Positions 10,794 to 24,300 of a DNA stretch of 46,246 nucleotides are shown here, piece by piece. Source of the stretch: Chara braunii. Its lineage: Eukaryota > Plantae > Charophyceae. The first letter of the stretch is position 1, and every line of letters starts with the position of its first letter. Where the stretch lies: positions 5,786,757 through 5,833,002 of the forward strand of contig BFEA01000008.1 in NCBI GenBank assembly GCA_003427395.1, given 5' to 3'. Under the pieces are notes generated by a model that had not been told where the DNA came from, did no database searches, and saw nothing but the letters and a program-made list of their open reading frames with translations. The translations under genes and the position numbers were made by a program.

Positions 10794-13700
10794 ATGGGGG
10801 AGCCCTATACAACAATCCCAGACCCCTCCACAACACGGCAACCAGCAAAGACAACCCAGTGGCCCTGCCCCAGCCCTCCTCGCCCAACTCCGCCCGTGAG
10901 ACGAATACCGATATGGGCAAAAAAAATTGCAAACGTAGATTTGGACATCAGAGCAATTAATGTGAACGGTCTGGCTCAGGCCAACGAACAGAAACCTAAA
11001 GCTATCTGGAACCAAATCACACAGGATACTAGAGGGGCATGGCCGGACGTGGTGGCAGTCCAAGATACCCATCTCACTGATTCCCCCACTCACAACGCCA
11101 GCGCCAAACAAATCTGGCCGCATACCTCCTTTGCGGCCCCGACCAGGGCGGTAACATCAACAGGTGTGGCCCTCTGGCTCCACCCCACAGCTAGGCTTAT
11201 CCTTGAACATGCGGAGTGGGACACAGAAGAAGGAAGATGGGTGTGGCTGAGAGCCTCATTGGGAACTGAAATAGTTTACGTAGTTAGCATATACGCGCCC
11301 AATGACCCCGGCCAAAGAGTCGCATTCTTCTCAGAGCTCCAACATTTACTCCCTCGAGATGCCCCTATCGTCATGGTGGGGGATTTCAACACAACACCTG
11401 ACGTGATGATTGATAGGCTCTCCCCCACCCACAACCCCCAAAATGCTCCTATGCACTGTGGTCCTAACATCGCAGCCTTAGGACATATGATGGCGGATCT
11501 GGGTCTCATAGACTCGCATAGGCAACTCCATCCTAGTACAAAAAAAACTTTCACGTGTATGAGGTAAAAGGGGGGGATAGAGGGATTGGGAACTCCAGGA
11601 TCGATTCGGCCCTTATCTCAGAAGAGATCTCGGGACTTCTCACAATTGCAGATATTTGCACCATCTTGCCGTGCAAGTCTTCGACCACCGCATGATAGTG
11701 ACTGGCCTATATTTCCACTCACACATAAACAAAGGCCCGAGCTACCTCAAATTCAATAATACGCTCCTTAAACTCCTTTCTTTCAACACCCTTGTTAAGG
11801 ACTTCTGGGCGTACTGGTCTGCACACAAGCCCGAGGATGATAGGCTACTCCATTGTTCAACGATGGAGTTGCACAACTACGGGAAAGGGTAAAGAAATAC
11901 TCAATCCAAAATGCGAGGGAGCGGAAGGAGAACCTCGAAAGACTCATGGCCCGCCTGGAAGAATGGGATGCCCATGTCATGGAGCAGCCTTTGGATGCGG
12001 ACACGTACGACACTCTCCAAAGGGCAAGGGCTCAACTACAAGAATATCTTGATAACCAGAACTATAAATGGAGAATCCAGACACAAATCAAGAAGGATGC
12101 AACATAAGGAATGGTGACAAAGATGTTCTTCCGTAAAGCTAAGGCTAGAAATAGACAAACACGGTTGCCTCCTTGAGGCACCCATTCGATAACAGCCAAC
12201 CACTTGCAACCAATGCCTATAAGATAGTCGAGTATGCCGCAACATATTACCAAAGATTTTTCACATCGGAAACCAACCATCATTCACCCCACACCCTGCA
12301 GACAGTCAGAGACACCCTCCTAAATGTTATCCCGTCTCTCCTCACTACTCATCAACGAGAAGCTATGGAGACACCCATCACACAGGAGGATATGTTGCAG
12401 GCCTTGACGGATATGGATGATGAGAAAACCCCAAGGATCGATTCTTTCCCCGAAGAATTTTGGCTCCACTACTGGGAGACATTTCAAGAAGATTTTTGTC
12501 AATATGTCAACGCGGTGTAATGAGAGGAGACGTTCGAGGATATGATTGGGCAAAGGATCACAACCCTCATCTACAAAAAGGGGGACAAGGAAGACATTAA
12601 AAACTGTAGGCCCATCACTCTCCTCTCGGTCTCCTGTAAAATTGTGGCAATAATTATGGGCCAACAGACTTCGCCCCCATCTCTCACATTTCATCCACCC
12701 TGATCAGTCTGGCTTTATGCCCTACCGAAACATTCAGGATAACATATCCCTAGTCAATGAAACCATCAGGTACGCAAGACAACGTAGAGTCGATGTTGCC
12801 ATCCTCTTTATTGACTTTGAAAAAGTGTATGATCATGTGGATTCGGATTTTCTGGAATTATGCCTAAACAAGATGAACTTCGGGCCTGCATTATTGAAAT
12901 GGGTAAACATACTCCACCGAACAACACCCACAAACATCATGATGAATGGACACCTTGCGCCACCAATTAGATTGCAGAGATTTGTGAGACAAGGAGACTC
13001 TATTGCCGCGATGCTATTCGTCCTGATGATGGAAGCATTGGCGACTATGATAAGGGTCAACCCTGAGATACAAATACTCGCAGTGTAGGAAATCCCGAAT
13101 CACCTTGCCCTTGTCATATCCATCTTTGCAGACGACCCCGCTGTCCTCTTCTGAGCTGACCCTGACAACTTTCAGACATTGGCATGGACAATCCACCTCT
13201 TTGAGGTCGCGACAGACATGAAAGTGGACTGGGGCACGAAGACAGAGGGATGGTGGCTCATCGGAAATGACAATCCATCACCTGATGCACCAAGGGTCGA
13301 CTGGAAACCTGAGAATGCTGCTATCAGACTCCTGGAGGTAAACCTCACCGCTTTTGGCCCCCCTCATGACTACAACGATAGACTGGTGGACATAGAAATT
13401 CAATGCATGAATGCTTGGAAATCAACACACACCTCGTTGATGGGCAGAGTATTGGCAATCAACAATGCCATATTTGCGGCTATATGGTACAAAGTGGTCT
13501 TTTGGCAATTAAGCCAGAGCCAATTAAGGACACTAAAACGGGCTGCGTCTGCCTACCTCTGGCGAGGGGACCATGAATACACCATGTGTATTAGGAGGGT
13601 GGCATGGGACATCATCACATAGCCACGAGCCAAGGGGGGGCTAGGCATAATAGACCCGGAGAATGAAACAAAAACATTGATTTTTAAGTTCCTAATAAGA

Positions 13701-15412
13701 TGGTTGTTAGGCAATGATATCCCCTGGGCAACATATACAGCCATCCAGATCTCTACCCTGACCCCACAGTGCACAGATAGCAGTCGAGTCCATCCACTGC
13801 AATGGCTAACTAACAACTACTGGTCGCTCCCGACACCTCCTCGGAACAGAAAGGACGGCACGCCCGCCTCCAATGCCAAATGAGATCTCAAAGCCGACCC
13901 CCTATGGACATATATGTTGAGGCTATGGAGAGAACAAGGACCGACTCAGAAACCTGTCCCGCTTAGATGGGACGAAATATGGAGAGTCTGACAACTTCTG
14001 TTTGGGAACCCTTTCATACTAGATCACACAGGTAATCCCTTCTCGCTGCAAACAGGCTCGAAATGACTCCCCTGGGTGAGAAAAGGTATATACACAGTGG
14101 CTGATCTGTGGAATATCCACGCAGATACGTGGCTATCGGTCCAGGACCTTTGACAAAAATTGCACCACGTCAGAAAGTCGGATGAGGGACTTCAAGAGAT
14201 CCAAGAGGCTGTCCCCCTGACATGAGTGCTGGAACTTAAAGAGGCCCGACGATACGGCAGGGGGACTGGGTGGTGAGACCAGAGGACTGGCCGATCCCCA
14301 TGGTGATATATAATGTATAGGAGGTTGGCCCTCATGAGGCGAGTCGTAGGGCGTACACACCACGCCTCCCAGGAGAAAGATGGTCCAAATTGGACCGTCA
14401 AGACGCCCGAGATCGCCAGACACCCGCCGCAGGACTCGTTAGAATATGTGTGATCAATGATAGGGGCAATGGACCCTTTGTGTATAAGCCAGTTGTACCC
14501 CTCTGCCAGCTGCCATTCGACCCTCAAGAATGGGAATGGGACAAAGGGGACTCCCATAAACTGCAGATATGGCAGTACACAGTAAAGGATGGGTACAGAA
14601 CAGCAAGAAAACCGGCACACATATCCGAACCAATCAGACTGCGGTGGGCAAGGGACTCACCTCTCAAAGCAGAAAACCTGGACACAATCAGATGGGCCTC
14701 ATACGCGACGATACGACCTACAAACCTGTGGGCACTGCAGTGGCAGATCATTAACAGGTGTCTACCCACCCCAGACTGGATTGTGTCTAGAACAAATCTG
14801 GAAGACCGGGGTGTGTTATCTCCACTCTGCACCTACTGCAGTGGGACCTCCCCCAAGAAACGAGCTACACTCGAACACTGCCTGGTGGATTGCACCATGG
14901 TCGCTCAGCTATGGCAATGGTGGGATGCAGCATGTCATCATCTAACTGGCAACCACCTCCCATGAGACCTCCAGATCATCATGTTGGGGGAAATGCCTCC
15001 GCAAAGGGCCAGGTGGACATCATTTAGTCTTAACCTGTTGGCAGTAACAAGACTACCGATGCTAATGGCGGCGTGGCTAATGAGATGTGCGCATGAGCAC
15101 AGGCAGCATACATATGGTTACATGGAGGCTCGGGCCTCGATTCTAGAAACAATCATCGTCAACACACAGGAGGCCTGGCAAGAGCTCAGAAATATGCTGC
15201 GGAAGGAATCAGACATAAACAAACAGAATAAACTCTCAGATAACTTGCGATCTATCTGGGTGGACAGTGCAGAAAAGCTCTGCGAATTGGATCATGATAA
15301 CCAGCTGCGATGGAAACAGTGGATGCTGACGGAATCAAAATGGGAAAGATTACCAAGAAGCCATTTTCAGTTCCCATTCCAACTGACCAACTTCATCCTT
15401 TTCCCGGCCTGA
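10794..15412 (+). pseudogene. LINE-A ORF2 (APE endonuclease - reverse transcriptase - CCHC zinc finger) with multiple stops and frameshifts
   Basis: EN motifs: INVNGL, VQDTH, SIYAPN, VGDFN, SRID, FDH. RT motifs: KTPRIDSFP, YKKGD...RPITLL, QSGF, DFEKVYD, VRQGD, IFADD. Also GGLG and CTYC...EHCLVDC. Confidence 0.92.
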
Positions 15413-15743
15413 TATCCCCCTCACATCTTCAAAACCTCTTCCCCTCTTGGACCTCTCCAAACTCTCCCGCTAACCCTCCCCCAATCCTGCCCCACTACCC
15501 TTCCTCCCCTCCCTTCCCGACCGCACCCACTTCCCACTCTCAGTGCAGAAGGCCGGCCAAGCAAGGACTTCCCACGGGTGGAGCAGCAGGGGGGACTACT
15601 CCCTGGAGACAGAAGATGCAGCCAGCCCCCACTATACATCGCTTCTTGGACAACAGACTGTTCCCCACAGCAGGAAGGTTGGCAGCGCAAGTGGAGACAG
15701 TGCTTATGAATGACAATGGAACGACAACACGGCAACGTGAAGT

Positions 15744-15793
15744 CACAATGACACAATGACACAATGACACAATGACACAATGACACAATGACA
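15744..15793. repeat. (CACAATGA)n 8-mer tandem repeat in the LINE-A 3' UTR
   Basis: About six copies read directly. Confidence 0.95.
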
Positions 15794-16277
15794 TGGGTTT
15801 ATGGGTGGGTGGGAACAAGGGGGGGCTGAGGCCACCCCATACCAACGACTGGGTTTTTTGGGCTACGGGATGGTGGGAACATAAGGATGTCCGTAGGGGT
15901 AATGGGTTAATGGGTTTAACAGCTGTGCTCGGATGGAGGATAGGTGTAAGGGGCTCGACTTACCATATTCCACACAATACGTACCACGGTGCGACAAGAA
16001 GCACAGCTAGGACAAATTCAACTACAACTCATCCAGCACAGGGCTATAGTCAACAATGAGGTAACCGACCCAGCATAATGCTACAAGTAGGTGGACTGTA
16101 ATTTCATAGTCAATCAGGCCACATTAACAACACTAGGATAGAAATATCTTCGATGATTCCACTAAAAAGTTAGTAAAAACTGGTTTGACAGAAGTCTGGG
16201 ACGCTCCTAGCCCAGCCCCCTCATAGAGACTGACATCCCATGTTTGCATTACTCTTACTGTATATACTGTACTCTAC

Positions 16278-16331
16278 AGGGACGCTGGACCCGATTTCCA
16301 GCAGGTGCTGCTCCCCACCAATATATGGAGC
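16278..16331 (+). ncRNA. Putative conserved 3'-UTR RNA element (hairpin + H-type pseudoknot), LINE-A copy
   Basis: AGGGAC-GCTGGA-CCCGATT-TCCAGC-A-GGTG-CT-GCTCC-C-CACC-AATATAT-GGAGC. Nearly identical to the LINE-C copy. Confidence 0.7.
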
Positions 16332-16421
16332 CTCCCCGGCAGTGCTAGTGGTGGCTGCTCTTATCAGCATCCCTAGCAGCCGTTCGGGCAGTTGCTTCGT
16401 TATAAAAAAAAAAACAAAAAA

Positions 16422-19400
16422 GTGTGCTGGCACAGCCAAACCAACATCCCCCCAACCACCCGGACCAAGACCTAGCCTTAGCTGAAATGCAGGCCCAAAT
16501 ACAGACCTGGGCAGAACCCCAACCCCCACCGGCCCAGAGGTAAACACCCCAGGAGGGGAGAGGAGATGGGCACAGACTGCAGCAACCACAGTGGAGAATG
16601 GAACGAAAGGGAAGGAGGTACAACATGCTCTGCCTCCAGATGGGACACAGCCAACCCCCCAGGCCTCTCCCCTGCAACTGCAGCCAACACACAAGGCGAC
16701 ACCCGACGGCCGAAGAGGCCGAAGAGAGGACCTGTGACAACACACAGTGCCTGGAACAGGCCAAGGGACAAGCGGTCAGGAGGGACCCAACTCCCATCGT
16801 CCATGTGGCACACAGCCACAACCCCAGATCCTCAGCGGCAAATTGAAGTTAACTGAGGTGCTCTCACAAAACCTCATTCAACCAGCCGGACAGACAGGGG
16901 ATGGGGTTAGAGAGACACAATTACAACTGGACTACCAAGGGGACGTAATGCTCCACAACAACGACGATCTGTACCAACAGCTAACGGCCGGGGACCCAGT
17001 AGATCAGGACCCCGGGACTGCTTCCCCAGTTGCCCACGCAGCACTCCTCCTGTACCCGCAGCAGTCCCAATACACTACACAACACATGCTACAACAACAA
17101 GCACAACAAATGGCCCTGATGACCAGCAACCAACAGGTACAGTTGAGGCACAGGCACAAGCCTACTCCTATACACAACCACTGGCACTGCAACAGGCCAT
17201 ACTCCAAGCCCAGGCACAAGCCCAGAACCAGGAACAATCCCGCCTACAAGAACTGACCGAACAGTGGGCCCAAATGCAAGCACAGGCCCCATTGCAGCAG
17301 TCATCCTTGCAATGGGCCCATACTAACCAGGTTCCAGAGCCTCAGCTACCAGTAGACCATCAGGGCGACATTCAGCTTACCACGGAAGAAAACGATAACG
17401 AGCACCCAGGGAACATCGGAGAAACAATGAATGACAGAGATGAGCAAGGGGACCTCATACTACACCAGGAGGAATTACCCAACTCAGATGTGTTGTCAGA
17501 GGCAAGGCAGCAAGGACATGAGGAACAGGGGGAGCACCCAGCCCATGGACTAAGGGGGAAGTGGCAAAAGAATACCAAGCGAATGTCCACATGGAACAAT
17601 AAAAAGATACAAAAGCAACTCAAGGAGATGGTAGATTGGACATTACTCAAAGTTCTGTCTCCGAACTCCATCTCCTTGCACGATCGTATTCCCCCGCTGC
17701 AGTGGGAAAAAAACAGGCGCTTTATTCTCAAAAGTCAACAAATCAGACAAACGGTTGAGAGCTATGGGTCCCCAACCGAGGTGGACTGGCAGTACGTGGC
17801 CAAAAAAATCATAGCCACGATCACACAGCGCGTGGACAAAGTCTGGTCAGCAGGCCCCCAGGCACAGACATAGAAAAGCCTGATCTCTGCCCAGACAGAA
17901 CAGGCAGCTGTGCTGCACTAAGACTGCACCCAAGCTGCACTGGTCGCAGCCCCAACACCATTGGAATCTCAGATTCCACCACACCTGCTAATGCCCATGT
18001 TGCATATAGTGCCTGCACAACCTTCTGACACTGAATCGCAACAGTCGGCAGGGATTTGTCAGACAAAGTCATTGACTAACTATCCAGCCCATGCAACCAA
18101 TCAAAGTCCGACACCTCGGATAGCATGACCCAGGCTGAAGTATCAGACCAGGAGTCGGACGCCTCACAGGATCTGCAATTACCACAGGCAGCCCCCATGT
18201 TAGACTTGACTCCGTCCACCATGGACGAAACAGCTCTGACCATCAGGCCAACTACAAGAGGTAAGCTCAGAGACCTTGTCCGCTCATTGCCCACGCGTCA
18301 GACTGCACAGCCTTATGAACCACTATTAGGCCTCCTTATCCTGCCGCTGCGAAGGGACCCTCAGTCTCGCCAGTGGCAACTTGGGATGAGGAGTAAAAGT
18401 AGACTGCAGCCAGCAGTACAACAAGCATAGTGACAGCTTTGTTGGTCTTACCTTGGAAGGCTGGAGGGGAACATATGGGGAGCCGGAGGTGCTGCGCCTG
18501 GTCAGACTTCAAATTAAAGAGAACAGAGATAGAAGTGCCCTAGGGGTGGGGTTACCTTTGCATCACCCATTTCCCCCTGGTATCATCCTGGCAGTGACCT
18601 TGTTCGACTACCAGCAGTCAATAGAAGCCACAGCCAGGGACGATTCGACCGTAATCTGGTTTGCTGAGCACGAATTGCTGGCCCTGTCAGCGACCAGAAT
18701 CAAATCAAACGTTTCCTGGTGTATAACACAGATTTTAACCTTCATGCAGGTTATCCTGGAGCACAACCTCCTTGAGGCAACAAATGCCTGGGACGACACA
18801 CAAGCAATGACGAGTCTGTGAACTGCCAAGGGAGAACTTTCGCTGCTCTCCATATTGCCTGTCCCAAAAAGCTGACCCCCAAACACCCCATCAGACCCTT
18901 CCCATGCAAACTGCGGACGTCTGCCCCCTGTCGCCAGCACCAGCCCCCACTCCTATACCAGAGACCATCCCCACTCCTCTGCCGCCGTTTGTTCCACCCC
19001 CTCTTCGTAAGCCGCCAGTTTGGTCCCAGAAACTGGCACTGGCGGACCTCCACATTCATTCACTTAACCTCAACGGGCTGATGACAGCCAACAGTCATAA
19101 ACGAAATGCAACATGGAATGAGTTAAAAAAACACAGTTCCGACAATTGGCCGGATGCCATCTGCATGCAGGAGACACATCTCACCCATTCACCCAACCAC
19201 GAAGCCAAACGACAACATATTTGGCCTCATACTGCGTACTCAGCGCCGGCCACGGCAAGGCATCGGCAGGGGCTCACCCAGTACGACTATGATAGGGAGG
19301 AGGGGAGATGGGTCTACATAAAGGCAATCATTGGTGATGAACCTATTTGCGTAGCGAGTGTGTACGGACCGAACGATTCAAATGAAAGATTGTGTTTCCT

Positions 19401-21046
19401 ACAGACACTAAATCAGGTTCTTCCAAACGACTGCCCTCTAATTATCGCAGGGGACTTTAAATAGATATCGCACCAGATCTGAGTCTGGATAGGTAATCCA
19501 CATCACAACCTGCAGGTGGTGGCCCTCACACCTGATATCCTTCTGCTGAACCAGTTTATACAAGACCGTCAGTTGTGTGATATCTATAGACAACTCCATC
19601 CCTCTAAAAGAGCATACACTTGCCTAAAATTGAGGGGAACAACAGGGCTGTCCAACTAGCGAATTGACTTCTTCCTGATTGACCAGGCACTGACAGGTTT
19701 GACCACAGTTGCAGAGATACGGCCAATCAGCCCGTGCCGCTCATTCGATCATCGAGGTATAGTGCTAGGACTCTCCTTCCATAAGCAAATAACACGAGGG
19801 CCGGACTTCTATAAATTTAACTCCTCACTGCTCAAACTACCAGACCTTCAAACGCTAGTGGAACAATTCTGGAGCTACTGGACAACGAAAAAGGAGGGGG
19901 CCTCCTCAATAGTGGACTGGTTCAACTCGGGCATAGCCCACCTCAGAGAGTGTGTCAAAAAATTCTCCATACAACAGGCGCATCTAGGAAAGCCACTATA
20001 GACAAACTTCTGCACACACTCGAACAATGGGATCAAAACATGGCGGATCACCCCCTGGACCTGCCAACCTTCAACCAACTACAAGAGGTCAGGGACCATC
20101 TCCAGACTTACTATGAACGACAAGCTGCAGCCTCGAGAATCCAAGCAAGGATAAAAAAGGACAACACAAAAGGAACCATGGCCAGAGCCTTCTTCCAAAA
20201 GGCCAAAACTAGATCTAAACAAAATGTTGTGACATCCTTGCATGGCCCCTTTGACCCCCACCAACCAGAGGCCACCAACCAGTACGGGATCGTCGACTAC
20301 AAAACCAAGTATTACCAACGTCTTTTCACCTACGAAAACGGCCACTGGGGTACTGAGGCCCTCCGCGAGGCCCAAACTAACATGCTTCATAACTTGTCTG
20401 CCTTGCTATCTCAACAGCAGAAGGAGGCCTTGGAAGAGCCACTAACATCCCACGAAATTCTGGCGGCACTTACAGACATGGAAGATGAGAAAACCCCGGG
20501 CTTGGATGCCTTTCTAAGGAATTCTGGCTACACTTTTGGCCATTTCTAAACGAAGACCTCATGAAATACATCCATGCTGTTTAGGGTGAAGACCGCTTTG
20601 GCAAACTCATAAGCCAAGGTGTAACTACCTTGTTATACAAAAAACTTGAAAAAAGGAGACTGGGGGGCTAAGACGGAAGGTTGGTGGCTGCAAACAGCTA
20701 ATTTTCCACCACCAGACAATCCACAGGTCAATTGGCGTGCACAAGAGGACCCCATTCGAGTCCTGGGAGTACACCTTACAACATTGGGCCCTCCTAAAGA
20801 TCACGATGACCATCTAGTCCACACCGCCATCCAGGCCGTGGCAAAGTGGAAGGGGCTCCATACGTCCATCATGGGTAGAACCCTAACAATCAAATAATGC
20901 AATCTTGTCAACCATATGGTATAAAACGGTTTTTTGGGCCCTACTACCAAAACATAATTCTCAACTAAAAGAAGCAATGACGGCCTACCTTTGGAGGAAG
21001 ATCACGAGATTCGGACTTGCATTAAGAGGGTCGCCTGGGCCTAGAT
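16422..21046 (+). mobile_element. LINE-B, 5' part (ORF1 remnant, EN, RT with internal deletion), interrupted by LINE-C
   Basis: Starts right after the LINE-A poly(A). EN motifs LNLNGL, CMQETH, SVYGPN, IAGDF, RID and FDH lie at 18904-19800. KTPGLD at ~20490. Ends at CIKRVAWA, at the TSD. Confidence 0.88.
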
Positions 21047-21076
21047 TTTTTTATTTTTTTTTATTTTTTTTTTAAA

Positions 21077-21131
21077 GCTCCATTCTATTGGTGGGGAGCT
21101 GCACCTGCTGGAAACCGGGTCCAGCGTCCCT
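21077..21131 (-). ncRNA. Putative conserved 3'-UTR RNA element (hairpin + H-type pseudoknot), LINE-C copy, directly before poly(A)
   Basis: Minus strand reads AGGGAC-GCTGGA-CCCGGTT-TCCAGC-A-GGTG-CA-GCTCC-C-CACC-AATAGAAT-GGAGC-TTT-poly(A). Confidence 0.7.
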
Positions 21132-21319
21132 TACATATAATATAGAAAAACATTGATCAGGGAAGGAGGTGGCAAAAAGAAAAAGAGCTGCCTCTTCGGC
21201 CAAAAACTGGCNGCCAGATATTTATTTAAATGNTANCAGCTCCCAATCCCAAAAACCTTCCCNTTCTGCCTAATCTGAACTCANATATGTGTTGACATGA
21301 TGAGGAGAAAGGACTTTTG

Positions 21320-24300
21320 TTATCCCTCCCCCCCTCCAAACCAATGAAGATCCACCAAAGNTAGCTCAGAAGGAGGAAAGAGATCTGGAAATGCTTNTGG
21401 GGACCTCAAAGTAGCTCCTGCCTGCACCTCAAACCAGTNCTGGAAGATGATCTCATAATCTCTTTTGAAATNTGTCCCATCTTCTTCCCCTCCTGACCAC
21501 TCTATCTTTCCCAGTTTTTGTNTTGAGGAGTCTCCCAGCCAGTCCTTTGTGAAANTTTGAATTNTTTTCTTAANGTCNTGTTTTTGTTGTAGTGTGTGAA
21601 GTCCANATTTAATCTTGTCCCATTGGGATCTTANTTCTGTTTCAATGTATTGTTGAATAAGCTCAGACATTTCTTTTCCTTCAATCCTTACCTTTTCCAT
21701 CGTAATTACACATCTTTTATACCATAGTGCCCATAAAATGNCCTTTCTACCAATGTTAAATAAATTTTGTTGAAAGGTTGAAAGGGAAATGAGTACAGGA
21801 CACCAATGTCCCAGGAGGATCGCCCTCCAGTCCCANGGCCAATCTAATCCTGTCAATTTGTTCCATACATAATCCCATCGTCTCCACAATAATTTTGCTC
21901 CCGGACATTGCAAAAAGATGTGTTCGATTGTCTCNCTAATCTTNCTATTAGGAAAGTTTTNCATACATGTACAACACCACGGTAGAGCTACACCCCTTTG
22001 CTCCAGCGTGGTATGGTCTATCAACCAGTCATTTGTTGGTAAACATCTATGGATAATTTGCCATTGTAGTGATGCAAATTTAGCGGGTTTGTCTCTGAAA
22101 GCTTCACACCACTTAATTGGCCTAAGCAACAAATCTGTGCATATATTTAGATGTCGGGCCCGTCGTTCCCGTATTATGTCTATAACATCAAGCTTTGGAC
22201 GTAATAGACGATACGAGACTTTGACTGATAATGATTGTAATTTCTGCGCCTTGCATCTCCTGTTAGTGCGCAAGGTCCATTCTGCTGGATCCAGGGGGAG
22301 TTCCTGTAGGGGAGTATTCGGGGCATATACAGTCCATCCTTTAGATATAGGACAATACAAAGCTCTTACTCTGTGGAGAGTATGAAGATGGAAAAATCCT
22401 ACCTTATCTTGATTTTCTTGTGATAGAGAAAAGTCCTTATTGAGTGTAACGATGTTAACTAGGGCGCCATCGTTATGGATATCTAGAATTTTCCCCACTA
22501 CCTTGAAACCCGTCGTTTGCTGAGCACATACCCAATTTGCAGCCAAGAAAATAGGACCCTTTCTCAGGGCGGCTAACCAAACCAAAGGAATGGATGAAAT
22601 CACTAAATCCATATTTTCAGCTAGATTGTGTGCATATCTAATTACCTTTCTCAGTTGATTAACTGATTTTCAATTTTTATTTTCCTGGTCCCATAAATCC
22701 TTGATCCTTACCACACCATGTTTGACCCAAATGGACCATGGGGATGTGGAACTTATGAATACTCTTCCTTGTGCATCCGTGATCCATCTATTACCAAAAA
22801 TTGGTTGGCNTAGGATTTNCTNATACCTAGTAGGAATTGATTTGTTTGGCAAAGGCAAATTTCGCCAAGTTCTCAGTAGGGTAGCCCAAAAACTGTNTAA
22901 AACCNGATCCCTTCTTACTATCCCTCCATCCCCTTCCTTCTGAGATTGTGATTGTGATCGAGGAATAGACCAGTATCTGTCCTCTACCCAAATCAATGGA
23001 TTGACATCTTTTGTAGTTTGTGGAGCCATTTTCCTTATTTGTTCCAGTGCCAATGCCTGCCAAGTTAGGTCCGTGATCAATATTAGTTTTTTTAGCCATT
23101 GGAGAGCAAGTGCTTGGCATTGGATTGAAGGGTCCAAAATGCCCAATCCTCCTTTGGACTTTGGTTGGATAAGAACCTTCCAAGCTACTCTAGGGATTAC
23201 ATGTGACGTTTCATGATCTCCTCTCCATAAGAAGGCTGTAAGTTGCATCCATAAGTTCCTTGATTGATCTATTACTTATTGACCATAAAGCAGATTTGTA
23301 CCAGATCGAGGCCAAGATTACGTTGTTGATAACCAAAGCCCTACCGAATAGTGAAGTGTGTTGATTTTTCTATTGCTTCATTTTTTGTAAGGCTGGGGAA
23401 GTGATCCATTCATCATTAGAATTAGGCTTTCCTCTAGCTGTGAGTATTACTCCCAAGACCCTGATTGGTGCCTCTAATGGTAACCATTTTACCCTAGGAT
23501 TCTCAGGAGGTCTATCCCCTTGGGAATGAATCNNNNNNNNNNNNNNNNNNNNNNNNNNNNNNNNNNNNNNNNNNNNNNNNNNNNNNNNNNNNNNNNNNNN
23601 NNNNNNNNNNNNNNNNNNNNNNNNNNNNNNNNNNNNNNNNNNNNNNNTTGGGAATGAATCAACCATCTTTGTGTCTTACTCCCCCAATTGACTACCATAT
23701 CTGAAAGAAGATAAAATTTATCCATTAGTGCTTTTATTTCTTTCATATTCTCCTTGGATGTTTCCATCATTATAGTTAGGTCATCAGCAAACATAGAGCA
23801 AATCGGTATGGCTTCTTCAGGTATTCCGGTAATCTGCAGTCTTTTAAGGTTCTGGTTAGTTCTTAGATTAGCTCCTAATGCTTCCATTATAATCAAAAAA
23901 ATAAATGGAGCTAATGGATCTCCTTGTATAACTGATCTCTGTAAACTGATTTCTGGGGAAAGAAGACCATTGACCTGAACCCTAGTAGTAGCATTTGAAT
24001 GAAGGATAGTAGCCCATCTACGAATTGATGGACCAAAATTTAACTTAATTAAGCAAGCGTCCAAAAACTTTCAGTCTACATGATCATAAACTTTCTCAAA
24101 GTCTATAAAGACAAATGCAGTTTTTTGGTGATTTTGTCGAGAAAGCTTAATCATTTCATTAATGAGCAAAATATTATCCTGTATGTTCCTTTCATTAATG
24201 AACCCCGTTTGGGAGGGATGAATGATATCTGTCATTATTGGAATGAAACGATTCGCGATAGCTTTGGCCAACATTTTGTACACTACCGTGAGTAGGGTGA

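Larger units (their letters stand above)
10598..16421 (+). mobile_element. LINE-A: 5'-truncated, decayed L1/Tx1-like non-LTR retrotransposon with poly(A) tail
   Basis: Contains APE endonuclease, RT and CCHC domains in order, a ~1-kb 3' UTR, and an A-tail at 16404-16421. The 5' boundary is approximate (end of an ORF1 remnant, EDMLEVHQQWDD, resembling LINE-B HNLLEATNAWDD). Confidence 0.88.

Noticed and set aside
15744-15793. (CACAATGA)n as the 3' tail of LINE-A
   Set aside because: The conserved 3' motif and poly(A) lie ~500-600 bp further on, so the repeat is internal to the 3' UTR.
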